This document shows, in pieces, positions 25,625 through 37,312 of a DNA stretch of 64,000 bases. The stretch is taken from the NCBI RefSeq assembly GCF_963921235.1, contig NC_086108.1:63552001-63616000 (forward strand), read 5' to 3'. Source of the stretch: Mobula hypostoma (taxonomy: Eukaryota). The number at the start of each line of letters is the position of its first letter. Positions within the stretch are counted from its first letter, which is position 1. Below the pieces are notes generated by a model. It worked only from the letters and a program-made list of their open reading frames with translations. It ran no database searches and was not told where the DNA came from. Both the position numbers and the translations under genes were made by a program.

Positions 25625-27590
25625 GTAAATCATTAAGTAAAGGTGACATACCACATTGCAACTTAGCAAAGAGTCTGTGGATTTCTTACTCTTTCCTGAA
25701 AACCCTTATGATTTTTCTGTAGATTTAAATCTAACTTCCTCTTGAAAACTGAAATTGCTTCTGTCCTTAAGCAATAACTTTCAAATTTAAACTCATTTTT
25801 AATTTAAAATAAAGCATCTCAATGCATGTAATAATTTATCTTGGTTTGCTTTTTGATCCTTAGCCAATTATTAACTATCTGTGACCTTTGGTAATGGCTC
25901 CTCTACTACTGGTAAAAATATTCCTTCTGTAAAAGCTACTTTTGAACACCCCTCTCTACTTTCTCTGGTCAATTCCTGTGTTTTGACTCTCTCTGAGTTT
26001 ATTGAAGTCCCTCATTCATTTATAAATCTCATGTGATGAAAATCTAATCTCTTGGTTTATAAAGATTGCCCAGGTTACCTGTTTCAATGCTCCATACTTT
26101 TGTTTATAAACCTAAGAATCTCATGTTGCCTTTAATAAATTATCAACTTCCTCTACAATTTACAAATGTATGAGTCCTTCTCATGCGCTGGCCTTCAGTT
26201 ACGAACACTTGATTTATGGACTCCTCTTCATATGAGTAAGCTTCCTTAATATTAAATTCAAAAGTCCAAAATACATACTTACATATATGCATACATACAT
26301 ACATTCATTCCAAGGAATTTCATAACTAATTTCTACTTTTAGTATTTGTTCTTTCTTATCAATCTTATGTACAGCTGATGCCATTCATTACAAATCTCTG
26401 GAGCTGGTTACCATATAGGGAGTGATTTTTGTGTATTGAGGACAAAATCAACTTGTAGATATCTGTGTTAAAAAACCTGTTTGTTACTTGGGATGGCCTG
26501 TAATTTGTTTCATTCTGCTCTGTAAAAATCTTTACTTTGCACCTTTATGGCTCATATTTCATTTCCTCATTTTTGCATTCTATCCATATCATCCTAACAT
26601 CTGCTTATGTCTCTTCAGTTGTTTACTAAACATCTGAGTTTGGCGTCATCTGAAACTCGAAATACTGTCCTCCTTACTCTCCTGGTTATGAATAGCAATT
26701 AATATTGATTCCCAGAACTACTTTATAGCTGTTTCTTCCAAATTGAAAAGCAATTCATCACTCCTCTTGTTCATTTCTGTGTATATGATGTCCCTCCCTT
26801 CTTTGTTATGGGTTTCAGTTTTGCCAACGATGAGCTACTTTTAATTCTCCTTTCCAATGCACCTCTATATTAGCTTTCTCTCCTATTTTACGAAAGAAAT
26901 CCAAATTATTCAAATAATACATGCACTTAGGAAATCCATGTGGACTGCATTTTTTGTCTCAAACCTTCCAATCTTTAAGTCTTGTTTAATTGAACACAGT
27001 TATTCCACAAAACTGACACTTATGGAATATTTTATGCTTTTGAGACACCCCCCCCCAAAGTTTTGACAGAAGGAATAAACAAAATTGTTTCTATACCAAA
27101 GTTCATAGCTTATTTTATAAAGATTAAATTCTTTTCCATATGTGATGTGCTATGCTGATCTTAAGAAATAATGGACTGCCATAGTAAGTCTATGCTGACA
27201 TTTCTCCAGTCACTGGTCTCGAACCCTGTGGGTCACTCAGCTCAGTACAAGTTTTTGTATATCATAAGAAGAATAGAAATGGAAGCAGGAATAATGCATA
27301 CAATTGGTCAATTCTGCTCAGCAGTTGCGTGAGACCTGGTTGATGTACCTAATTTTTGTCTGATTTCCCTGGCATTCACAGACCTGTGAGGTATAGCATT
27401 CCAGAGGTTTACGGTCCTCTCCAAATTCACATTAGAATCCCAAACGTTTGAGCTATTTTCTTGAAATTATCATTCTTAAGTTCTGGAATTTTAATATGTT
27501 CTTGGCACCTGCCCTCTCAATTCCCTTGAAATCTTGTTCTGTTGTTTTCCATTTCTCAATATAAAACAAATAATTGTGCACTACTTTCAG

Positions 27591-27737
27591 AGTTTGGCTT
27601 TTCAGAAGATGGCAATTGAAGCTCGACTTGAAGGCCTCAGTTCAAATAAAAATTGGTCCTTCTTAGCACAACAACGACAGGTTACCAGTTCACAGAAAGC
27701 ACTCACAGAAGCCGTGGCTGCAGCACCTCCCAAATAG
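27591..27737 (+). pseudogene. HOOK1: HOOK1-like terminal coding exon
   Basis: Acceptor ctactttcAG. Encodes SLAFQKMAIEARLEGLSSNKNWSFLAQQRQVTSSQKALTEAVAAAPPK-TAG, followed by about 1.3 kb of AT-rich, TE-poor sequence resembling a 3' UTR. Confidence 0.92.
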
Positions 27738-29849
27738 AACGACTTGGAATCTATCGAATATGTACAGAATGTGTCTACATTAAAATAGCTCAAGAGTAGA
27801 AAGAAAAATAATGATATACATCAGTGTTTAGTAATTCTGCTCCTTCTAAGAATAGGTTTCCTTTCTAATGGAAATGATTACCTTTAACGTGTAAAGAATT
27901 GCTTTTCTTTTTGAATATAGTAGCACAAAGCGGTAAGGGCTAAAGATGGGGGAGAAAAAGCATTTTCTTAAGATTTAAACGTATGTAAAATTGGTATATA
28001 TCATATTTTAAAATAGGTGACAATGTAATCATAAGTTCAAAGTTCATCTGTTCTGTATAACAAATTTTCACATGATTTAATTTTTTATTAAGAGAATTGC
28101 ACTTATTGAGATCATATGAAGCTTAATTATAAATTCTAAATCTTGTTTCTATAGTAACATTTAAAATGCCTGAGGTTTTATTAGTTTCATATTTTCATTT
28201 TTACTTCAGAAAATAATAATTTAAACTTGACTGATTATTATTGTTGAGTCTTTACTGAAGTTGATTATTCCATTAATCTGAGTAGACTGCAATTAAGGGA
28301 TTGCTCAATATTTGTGTTTGTATTATATCAATATAACTGAATAGTTTTTGTAATTTTTGATATATAATGGGTGTTAAAATTGATGAACAGATTGCATAGA
28401 TCTCAAACAAATAAGGAATATATTATTTAAACTTACTTATCTGTGAAATTTGTTCATATTGGATGCTTACAAGAAGCAACAAATAATTCTGGATTGAAAA
28501 ATTTGATTCATTTTTTTTCTGAATTGGACTCGGAGTACTTACCTATTCTTTTATCTCTGGTATTTTAAGAGATTTTAAGAGAAAACAATGGACAATGTGG
28601 ATACTTTCTATATTTGCATGTAATGAAATTTTAAATTACTCTTGTTTCAAACTTAATGGTGTCTGTAGCCAAAATAATGTGGTTGTTGTTTTGTTATTCA
28701 ATTGCCAGTAGAAGGTCATTTTGAAATATTTAATTTATACTGGGGCAAAATAGAAGTATGAATTGGTAATAATGACATTGCATATACCTACAAAAATTAT
28801 ATATATTTTTGTTTGATTTGAGCAACGTTGTACAACAATTCTTGACTTGCTTTTGCATTATTATCGATACCCTGACTCCAGAACTAAGTTTCTGAGTCGA
28901 AAATATGGCTCGGTTACAGATCTGGGTGGTTCATCCTGAAACATGCACATAGTTTGTGATATTGCACTAAGTATTACAAGCAACATGTTATAAAAGGTGA
29001 TTAACATGGGTGGATCTATTTTATGATCCAGTGTGCCCAATTTTAGTTTTCAAGAAAAATAACTTGATGAGCTGCATAGAGATGGGGAAGGTAACAATTA
29101 AGTTGTTGTCTACAGGCAGGTCCATCTTTTAAATCAAATCAAATTCAATTTAATAATTATTCAACCATAGATGAATACAGCAAAAAGAAAATGAGGCTGC
29201 TTGCCTCAGAGTTAACCTTTGTTTAACAAACAGTTCCTAAGGCTCAAGTTTCTTGAGCAATGGGCAACATGGTAACTGAACAAAAACACAAATGACCAAA
29301 CCAGTCGGGGCCGGACTGAAACGTCGACTGCGCCTCTTCCTATAGATGCTGCTTGGCCTGCTGCGTTCACCAGCAACTTTGATGTATGTTGGGGAAGTTG
29401 ATATACTTGTTCTTAAAGAAGACAAACTTAGCATGGGTAAAAACGCCAGCTTATTTTTTTCTCAACTGTGTTCAGCACTCCAGCCCAACCGTGTGCATGT
29501 CAGCACCTCACCCATGTCCCTTTTGGTCCTGACTGACCCACGGGCATTGCACACTGTGAACTGAAATTCTTTATTATGTATGCACGTAGTAACAAAAACG
29601 TGTTTGGAATGAAAGGAGTAATCATGCTTCACTTCACACTAAGCAAATCCAGGTCAGCTAGGAGCAGACTGATGTGGAACATCATGCAGCAAAAGAATCA
29701 GCAGCCAGACTTGAGTAGGAGTTGAGTTGGACATCGGCATGGGTTTATTATTGTTGTATATTGAGATATGGTTAAAAGCTTTTATTTTGCATTTGATCCA
29801 AACAGATAATGAAATGCATAATTACAATGAGGCAGTTAAAATTGGTTGT

Positions 29850-30760
29850 GAGAAACTATAGAAAGGTTGCAGAGGAGATTTACAAGGATGTTGCCTGGAG
29901 TGGGGGGCATGTCTTATGAGAATAGGTTGAGTGAACTTGGCCATTTCTCCTTAGAGTGACGGAGGATGAGAGATGACCCGATAAAGCTATATAAGATGGT
30001 ACTTTATACTTTATTGTCGCCAAACAATTGATATTAGAACGTACAATCATCACAGCGATATTTGTTCTGGCGCTTCCTGCTCCTGGATTACAAATATTAA
30101 ATATTAAAAGTAGTAAAAATTAGTAAATATCAAAATTTTAAATTGTAAATCATAAATAGAAAAATGGAAAGTAAGGTCGTGCAAAAAAACCGAGAGGCAG
30201 GTCCGGATATTTAGAAGGTATGGCCCAAGTGATGAGAGACATTGATCATGTGTATAGTCAGAGGCTTTTTCCCAGGGCTGAAATGGCTAACATGAGAGGG
30301 CACTGTTTTAAGGTGCTTGGAAGTAGGTACAGAGGAGATGTCAGGGGTAAGTTTTTTATGCAGAGAGTGGTGAGTGCGTGGAATGGGCTACCGGTGACGG
30401 TGGTTTAGGCGGATACAACAGGTTCTTTTAAGAGATTCCTGGATAGGTACATGGAGCTTAGAAAAATAGAGTGCTATGTAATTTCTAAAGTAAGTACATG
30501 TTTGGCACAGCACCGTGGGCCGAAGGACCTGTATTGTGCTGCAGGTATTCTATGTTTCTATATCAAAATCTCCAAAGACATTGCTGAGTACATATTTGGG
30601 CTGTGGTCTCCAGCTGCCCCTAAGTTTTCTAAATATATTTTTCAGCTTCTCTGCAAATGAATCATTGGACAAAGTATTGTTTTTCCATCAAAGAGACTAA
30701 GGCACAGCATTGTGGGCCGAAGGGCCTGTATTGTGTTGTAGGGTTTCTATATTCCTATAG
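29850..30760 (+). mobile_element. CR1 3' fragment + duplicated flank + second CR1 tail, with a nested insertion at about 29999-30226
   Basis: Colinear with 22066-22680, including about 130 bp beyond the CR1 tail. Confidence 0.8.
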
Positions 30761-31027
30761 CCATCCTAAATCTCCATTCTCTGAACCATTGGCGAGTGAG
30801 TGTACCATCAAAAATGCTATAATTACACACCTAGGCCTCTTTGGTAGCATCTCTCAAATTGTTATTGCCAACATGAGAACTAGGTCAGCAAGTGTATAAG
30901 ATCACCTCCACCTGCAGATTTCCCTCCAAATTATACACTGTTGAGATGTGAAAAATCATCACTTGTCTTGTATCATTGCTGGGACAAAACATGGTCACCA
31001 ACAGCATGAGAGAATACGATTACCAAG

Positions 31028-31229
31028 AACACGAGAAAATCTGATGATGCTGGAAATCCAAAGCAACACACACAAAATTCCGGAGGACCTCAGCAGGCCA
31101 GGCAGCGTCTATAGAAAGGAGTAAACAGTCAATGTTTGGGTCTCGGACTGAAATATCAACAATTTACTCTTTTCCATGGATGTTGCCTGGCCTGCTGAAT
31201 TCCTCCAGCATTTTGTGTGTGTGGTGCTT
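31028..31229. repeat. Fold-back element built from two inverted PLE termini
   Basis: Arm 31061-31125 (aagcaacacacacaaaa...cagcaggccaggcagc...gagtaaa) is the reverse complement of 31163-31229. The junction falls inside the hammerhead helix II region. Confidence 0.8.
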
Positions 31230-31516
31230 ACCAGGAAGCAGCTCACCAGCACCTTCTCGAGTAATTTCAGATAGACAATAAATATGGTTCATAGCCAGAA
31301 AATGGTTTGTTTGTACTCAACCTTGGAACTGAATTATCAGATTCATTGTAGTCCCTGGAACTGTTCTCCAATATTTTTTACAGGTGATATCCCAGGGCAG
31401 TGAAACATGATTTTAAAATAATCCAGCTATGAAGCAGCAAATCTTGAATGAATTTGAGTAATAACTTCAGCAAAAGTAATTTCAATCAAATTCATTTCCA
31501 TTTTTAAATAATAGGT

Positions 31517-33470
31517 AACCTGGAACATCTGGACAGCAAAAATGCATATTTCAGGATGCTATTTATCGATTACTTCTCAGCATTTTACACCATCATCCTC
31601 TCAAAACTAATCAGTAAACTCCAAGACCTGGGCCTCAATAGCCCCTTGTGCAATTGGATCCTGGATTTCCTCATTTGTAGACCCCAGTCAGTTCAGATTA
31701 GCAAAATCTTCACCACACAATCTCCATCTGTACAGGAGCACTGTGGGGATGTGTACTTACCCCACCTCACCCCCGCTGCATTCCACTTACGCCTATGACG
31801 GTGTGGTTAATTACACCATGTACTAGTTTGCTGACAACACCACTGTTGTAGGCTGTATCAAGGGGGTGATGATCAGTATACAGGAGGGCAATTGAAAACT
31901 TGGCTGAGTGGTGTATTAACAACAACCTCTCACTCAATGTCAATAAGTCCAAGGAACTGATTGTAGAATTCAGGAGAGGGAAACCAGAGGTCCATGAGCC
32001 AGTAATCATCGGAGGATTATAGGAGGAGAGTGTCAGTAACTCTAAGTCCCTGGGTGTCACTATTTCAGAAGACCTGTCCTGGACCAATCATATAAATATT
32101 ATTGTGAAGCAAGCATGGCAGTCCCTCTAATTCCTCAGGAGTCTGCTGAGGTTTGGCATGTCATCAAAAACCTTGGCAAATTCCTTTCAGATGTGTGGTG
32201 GAAAGTGTGCTGACTGGCTGTATTACAGACTGGTATGGGAACACCAATGCCTTGTGAGCAGAAAATCCCACAAAAGGTAATGGATTCAGCCCAGTACATC
32301 ACAGGTAAAACCCTCCCAACTATTGAGCATATCTATGTGAAATGTTGCTGTAGAAAAGCAGCATCCATCATCAAGGATCCTCACCACCAAGGCCATGCTC
32401 TTTTCTTGCTGCTGCCATCAGGTAGAAGGTACAGGTGATTCAGAACTTGCACCACCAGGTTCAAGAACAGTTACTACCCCCCAACCATCAGGGTCTTGAA
32501 CAAAAAGGGATAGCTACACTCATTTAAGGGCTCTGTTATATATTATTTCATGCTCGTTATTTATTGCTATTTATTTATATCTGCATTTGCACAGTTTGTT
32601 TACAGTTAACAGTTCCTGATGTTTATGGTTTACAGTTACCGTTCCGTAGATTTGCAAAGTATGCCTGCAGAAAAAAGAATCCCAGGGTTGAATGTGGTGA
32701 TGTGTAGCCCCCTGGTAAGTCTCAGGCTTGCTCAGCTCGCTTTCGTCTGGGGGGGCAGTCCTCAGCCCTGCCAAACTGGGTAATCAAGTTTGTGTAAATG
32801 CTGTGTGATGTACCCCAGCATACCAAATAACAGACAGTACACCATATGCAATTAAATGATTATACTTTATAAGTGTTTCTTGGTGATGGGTAGTAGAAAC
32901 AAATATAATGAAGGCGCCAAGTCAGTAACTCTATCAATTTTGCGCACAAATAATTCATTGGATCTCTTACAGAACCAGGTCCCCCTTCCTCCAGTTGATG
33001 TCCTCCTTACTCCAGTCAACCCACAAATGGGACCACCCCCGGTGCTCGACCGAACGCTCCACAGGAGTCTGTCCTCGTCTCCCCTCCTCGCCGAAGACCC
33101 TGGGCCTTGGACTCCCGCTCGGGGTCCGTTCCATCGCCCAGCTTACAGCATCGCGTCTCCTCTGTCTGACCCCATCGCACATTCTCCTTAAAGCCCGCAA
33201 AAACAACAGCTTACAGACACACGAGTAAGAATAACATCTATCTCAATTGGTTAGCAAATGAATACAGTTCCTGTTATCAGTAGTTATAACCCAAACAAGC
33301 TGCTAGAGAGAGAAACACTGTCTCAGCAGTTAACATCACAGAGAAGCCACTTTATTTTTAACATAACAAAGAAGCCATTTTATTAGCCTTTGCAATAACA
33401 TAAAAGAAGAAACCCCTTACACATGTATGCACTCTGGAAATAAATTTTACTTGGAACATTACTTTTTACT
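31517..33470 (+). mobile_element. Rex/Babar LINE with a solo LTR inserted in its 3' UTR
   Basis: MLFIDYFSAFYTII..KLQDLGL..CNWILDFL; CRKAASIIKDPHHQGHALFLLLPSGRRYR. The 3' UTR gtggtga|catgtatg..aataaa is split by the LTR. Confidence 0.8.
32703..33421. mobile_element. Probable solo LTR (719 bp)
   Basis: Begins TGTA and ends TACA, has imperfect 4-bp flanks gatg/catg, cleanly interrupts a recognisable LINE 3' UTR and shows no coding similarity. Confidence 0.7.
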
Positions 33471-33479
33471 TTGTCTGAA

Positions 33480-34746
33480 CGACTGATGTCCTGTCGCATT
33501 CACCTCGATAATAAACAAATGCTTTGAGAGGCTGGATAAGGATTACATCTGCAGTATGCTACCACCCACCCTGGACCCCCTACAATTCTCCTAACGACAC
33601 AACCAGTTGACAGATGACGCAGTAGCCACAGCTCTACACACATCTGGAGAAGAAGGATGCTTATGTGAGAATGCTGTTCTTGGACTACAGTTCTGTACTC
33701 AACACCATAATTGCCTCCAGGCTTGACAAGAAGTTCAGAGACCTCGGCCTTCACCCTGCATTGTGCAGCTGATCCTGGATTTCTGTCAGATTGCCGGCAG
33801 GTGGTAAGAGTGGGCTCCCTCACCTCTGACCCTCAACACCGCTGTCCCTCAAGGTTGTGTCCTAAGCCCCCTCCTTTACTCTGTATCCATGACTGTTTCT
33901 CCACCCACAGCTCCAATCTGCTAATTAAATTTGCTGACGATACTACACTGATTGACCTTATCTCAAATAATAAAAGGCAGCCTGCAGAGAGGAAGTTGTC
34001 ACCCTGACACAGTGGTGTCAAGAGGACAATCTCTCCCTCAATGTCACAAAAGCAAAGGAGCTGGTTGTGGACTACAGGAGGAATGGAGACAGGCTAAACC
34101 CTATTGAAATCAATGGATCTGGGGTTGAGAGAGTGAACAGCTTTAAGTTCCTCAGCATACACATCACTGAGGATCTCACGTGGTCTGTACATACTGGCTG
34201 TGCGGTGAAAAGAACACAACAGCAACTCTTTCACCTCAGACAATTGAAGAAGTTTGGCATGAGTCCCCAAATCCTAAGGACTTTCTACAGGAGCAAAATT
34301 GAGAGCATCCTGACTGGCTGCATCACTGCCTGGAAGGGGAACTGTACTTCCCTCAATCGCAGGACTCTGCAGAGAGTGATGCGGACAACCCAGCACATCT
34401 GTAGATGTGAACTTCCCACTATTCAGGAAATTTACAGAGACAGGAGTGTAAAACGAGGCCAAAGGATCATTCGTGACCCGAGTCATCCCAACCACAAACT
34501 GTTCCAGCTGCTACCATCCGGGGATGGTACCACAGCATAAGAGCCAGGACCAACAGGCTCCGGTACAGCTTCTTCCACCAGGCCATCAGATTGATTAATT
34601 CCCACTGATACAATTGTATTTCTATGCTCTATTGACTGTCCTGTTGTACATACTATTTATTACAAATTGCACATTTAGACAGAGATATAAGTTAAACATT
34701 TTTACTCTTCATGTATGTGAAGAATGTAAGAAATAAAGTCAATTCA
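33480..34746 (+). mobile_element. Rex/Babar LINE, same family as 546-2160
   Basis: LIKFADDTTLI; DYRRNGDRLNPIEINGSGVERVNSFKFL; tail aataaagtcaattca. Confidence 0.85.
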
Positions 34747-35193
34747 AAGCAATAAACTTTGAAAATATCCAACTAATTAATGGTGGGAGCCTTGCATTGC
34801 CATTTTAATGACATGTTATATCTTCATAAACCTTTCAACTTGGCAGAGTTTCAGCAGCATTCCATTTTTCTTGGCATTAGTTTTTGCCAAGTCAAATCAA
34901 GAATGCTGATTGGACAGTGTCAAAGGAAAACAAGTTTAGCCTCATTTTAGTTCATGGAAAATGACCAGAAAGTACAATTATCTGTGAAAGGACTTCCAGT
35001 TTAAGCCGGGATCTCATCACACTAGTTACAGACTTCTGGAATTCACAAAGGCTCTTGAGTTTCTCTTGCTTTCTGCATGATCTAAAACAGTTAATAACTG
35101 AGTGATCTTGTAAGTTGGGTAATCTAAGTTCGGCAGTTTTTCTGAACAGCTTTTTAATCTGTTGGAGAGACTGTACAACGGTGCTAGCCTGGA

Positions 35194-35397
35194 ATGGAAG
35201 TTCAGAATCTTTCCTTTTTAAATCTGTTCTCAAGAGAGGTGTGGACCGTTGCAGTGTTTTTATTTGTTTTCTTGATTGTGTTTGATGTTCTCCACACTCG
35301 TGTTCCCAAGAATTTTCCACCTGGTCCCTTCGGACTGCCGTTTTTCGGTAATACCTTTCAGCTGGACCTAAAGAATCCTCATCTCCAGTTTTGCAAG
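35194..35397 (+). CDS. CYP2J: CYP2J-like exon 1 (N-terminal membrane anchor, proline-rich hinge)
   Basis: MEVQNLSFLNLFSREVWTVAVFLFVFLIVFDVLHTRVPKNFPPGPFGLPFFGNTFQLDLKNPHLQFCK, then donor GTaatg, phase 0. Confidence 0.93.
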
Positions 35398-35603
35398 GTA
35401 ATGTACAGCATCGAGGAAATTTGTTCAGAAATGTAACTGTGCTTGTACTGCTGCCACAAGACAGCAAATTTCACATTATGTGTCAGTGGTAATAAATCTG
35501 TTTCGGTTTCCAGAAGTATTTAGTAGTTATAAGATAATTGCAATAAAAATGGTGACAATGTTGCAAGTCTGTCAACACCTGTTAGGAATATACCATTTTA
35601 TTT

Positions 35604-36190
35604 AAACACAAAATAATCTGCAGATGCTGGGGTCAAAGCAACACTCACAACACACTGGAGGAACTCAGCAGGTCGGGCAGCATCCGTGGAAATGATCAGT
35701 CAACGTTTCAGGCCAGAACCCTTCATCAGGACTGAAGAGGGAAGGGGCAGAGGCCCTATAAAGAAGGTGGGGGGAGGGTGGGAAGGAGAAGGCTGGTAGG
35801 TTCCAGGTGAAAAACCAGTAAGGGGAAAGATAAAGGGGTGGGGGAGGGGAAGCAGGCAGGTGATAGGCAGGAAAGGTGAAGAAGGAATAGGGGAAAACAC
35901 AATGGGTAGTAGAAGGAGGCGGAACCATGAGGGAGGTGATAGGCAGCTGTGGGAGGGGCAGAGTGAAATAGGGATAGAGGAAAGGACGGGGAGGCAATTA
36001 CCGGAAGTTGGAGAATTCTATGTTCATACCAAGGGGCTGGAGACTACCTAGACTGTACATGAGGTGTTGCTCCTCCAACCTGAGTTTAGTCTCATCATGG
36101 CAGTAGAAGAAACCATGTTTGGACATATCTGAATGGGAATGGGAAGCAGAGTTGAAGTGGGTGGCTACCGGGACCTATGTGAATGGGAAT
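35604..36190 (-). mobile_element. PLE 3' fragment (GIY-YIG end + terminal repeat) in CYP intron 1
   Basis: Homologous to 19262-19800 (gttgctcctccaacctgagt...; cagcaggtcgggcagcatc). Confidence 0.8.
35696..35735 (-). ncRNA. Minimal type I hammerhead ribozyme motif
   Basis: Minus strand reads tcagtc-CTGATGA-agg(gttctgg)cct-GAAA-cGTT-gactga, with a perfect 6-bp helix I and NUH triplet GUU. Confidence 0.75.
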
Positions 36191-36204
36191 TTTATTTTGT
36201 GAAA

Positions 36205-36672
36205 CACATACTTAGCTGATGGCATGAACCTCAATTTCTCAAATTTCCAAAATTTCCAGTAATATGCCCCCGGCCTTCACCATTCCCCATTACCCGCTCC
36301 CTGTTCACCATTCCCTTTTCCCTCTCTCACCTTATCTCCTTGGTGCCCATTACCTCTCTCTGATGCTCTGATGTTCCTTCCCACTCTTCTTTCTTCCATG
36401 GCCTTCTGTCCTCTCTTATTAGATTTCCTCTTCTCCAGCCCTGTATGCCTTTCATCAATCAACTTCACAGCTCTTTACTTCACCCCTCCAACTCCCAGTT
36501 TCACCTATCATGTAGTTTCTCTGTCCCCTTCCCCCACCTTTTAAATCTACTCCTCATCTTTTTTTTCTCCACTGCTGCTGAAGGGTCTTGATCCAAATCA
36601 TTGACTGCACTCTTTGCCATAGCTGCTGAATAGCCTGCTGAGTTCCTCCAGCATTTTATGTGTGTTATTTCC
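36205..36672 (+). mobile_element. PLE 3' fragment, inverted relative to the adjacent copy
   Basis: ctgatggcatgaac...ttctc (PDGMN end), a pyrimidine-rich UTR, then gcctgctgagttcctccagcattttatgtgtgtt. Confidence 0.75.
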
Positions 36673-37148
36673 AAGAATATATCATTTTGTTTTGTGACAC
36701 ACATATTTGCCATTTACTATAAATTGTAATTCACAAGTGTAGAACGTGTAGATTATTGGGTACCTCACTACGAATAAACAAAAATACGGCAATTATTTTT
36801 AAGCTATGTGTAGGTCTTTTTTATTTTGCTCCATGTTTGAGTTTAGCTGTTGAGCAATTAGATCTTTGTGTCATTTCATTAATTTGAGGATTGAAGAAGA
36901 GTAGCAATAACAGATGAAGATCAAGATGTTTCAATTTTCAATAGTAGATTAACTCATTAATAACTTGCTGAATAAAATCTGGGCCCAGTGTTTTCAAGTG
37001 TTTAAAGATTGGTTTAAAATTACACATCTTACGAAATAATGTTCAGAACTATTTTCATTTGGGACATGTAAGCTCTTCCTCGCAAGTATACCCAAAATTT
37101 TGTGACTGACATAACAAGCCAAATACTAATAGAGTATATCTTTTACAG

Positions 37149-37312
37149 TTTGCAGAGAAGTATGGAGATATTTTTAGCCTGAGGATTGGATATTCTTACC
37201 TTGTTGTCATAAATGGTTTAAATGCTTTTAAAGAGGCTATAGTTCACCAGACAGATGTTTTTGCGGGAACAGCAGCATTTCCAGTTTTTGATGGATATTG
37301 TCAAGGGACACG
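37149..37312 (+). CDS. CYP2J: CYP2J-like exon 2 (164 nt, one base too long)
   Basis: Acceptor ctttttacAG, donor GTaagt. Encodes FAEKYGDIFSLRIGYSYLVVINGLNAFKEAIVHQTDVFAGTAAFPV. Ends in phase 2, whereas exon 3 requires phase 1. Confidence 0.9.

Larger units (their letters stand above)
8180..27737 (+). pseudogene. HOOK1: HOOK1-like gene, 3' six exons (coiled-coil end and C-terminal cargo-binding domain); apparently disabled
   Basis: Manually spliced exons translate to CGELKRLDAHL-EKLHDAQDELQKKNELIEELQHEIQQR-SQSSEELQRGLTKKDEDMRAMEERYKMYLEKALN-VIKALDP*QNPVTTEIQALKTQIIERDRKI*MLQ-HDCEQAKLCEHEENLLVTAWYNK-SLAFQKMAIEARL...SFLAQQRQVT...PPK*. This matches the remembered HOOK1 C-terminus (KKDEDMKAMEERYKMYLEKARNVIKTLDPK; AWYNKSLAFQK; SFLAQQR), and splice phases are consistent. 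Confidence 0.9.

Noticed and set aside
32725..32770. Hammerhead-like CTGAGGA...GAAA on the minus strand of the LTR
   Set aside because: Helix II is offset, the would-be cleavage triplet is CUG (not NUH), and helix I does not close.
34747..35193. CYP proximal promoter motifs (TTGGC..GCCAA, HNF1-like GTTAATAACT)
   Set aside because: Spacing is wrong for NFI, the HNF1 match is partial and there is no clear TATA box; not distinguishable from chance.
34952..35467. 171-aa antisense ORF over CYP exon 1
   Set aside because: No recognisable motif; likely a shadow frame of the real exon.
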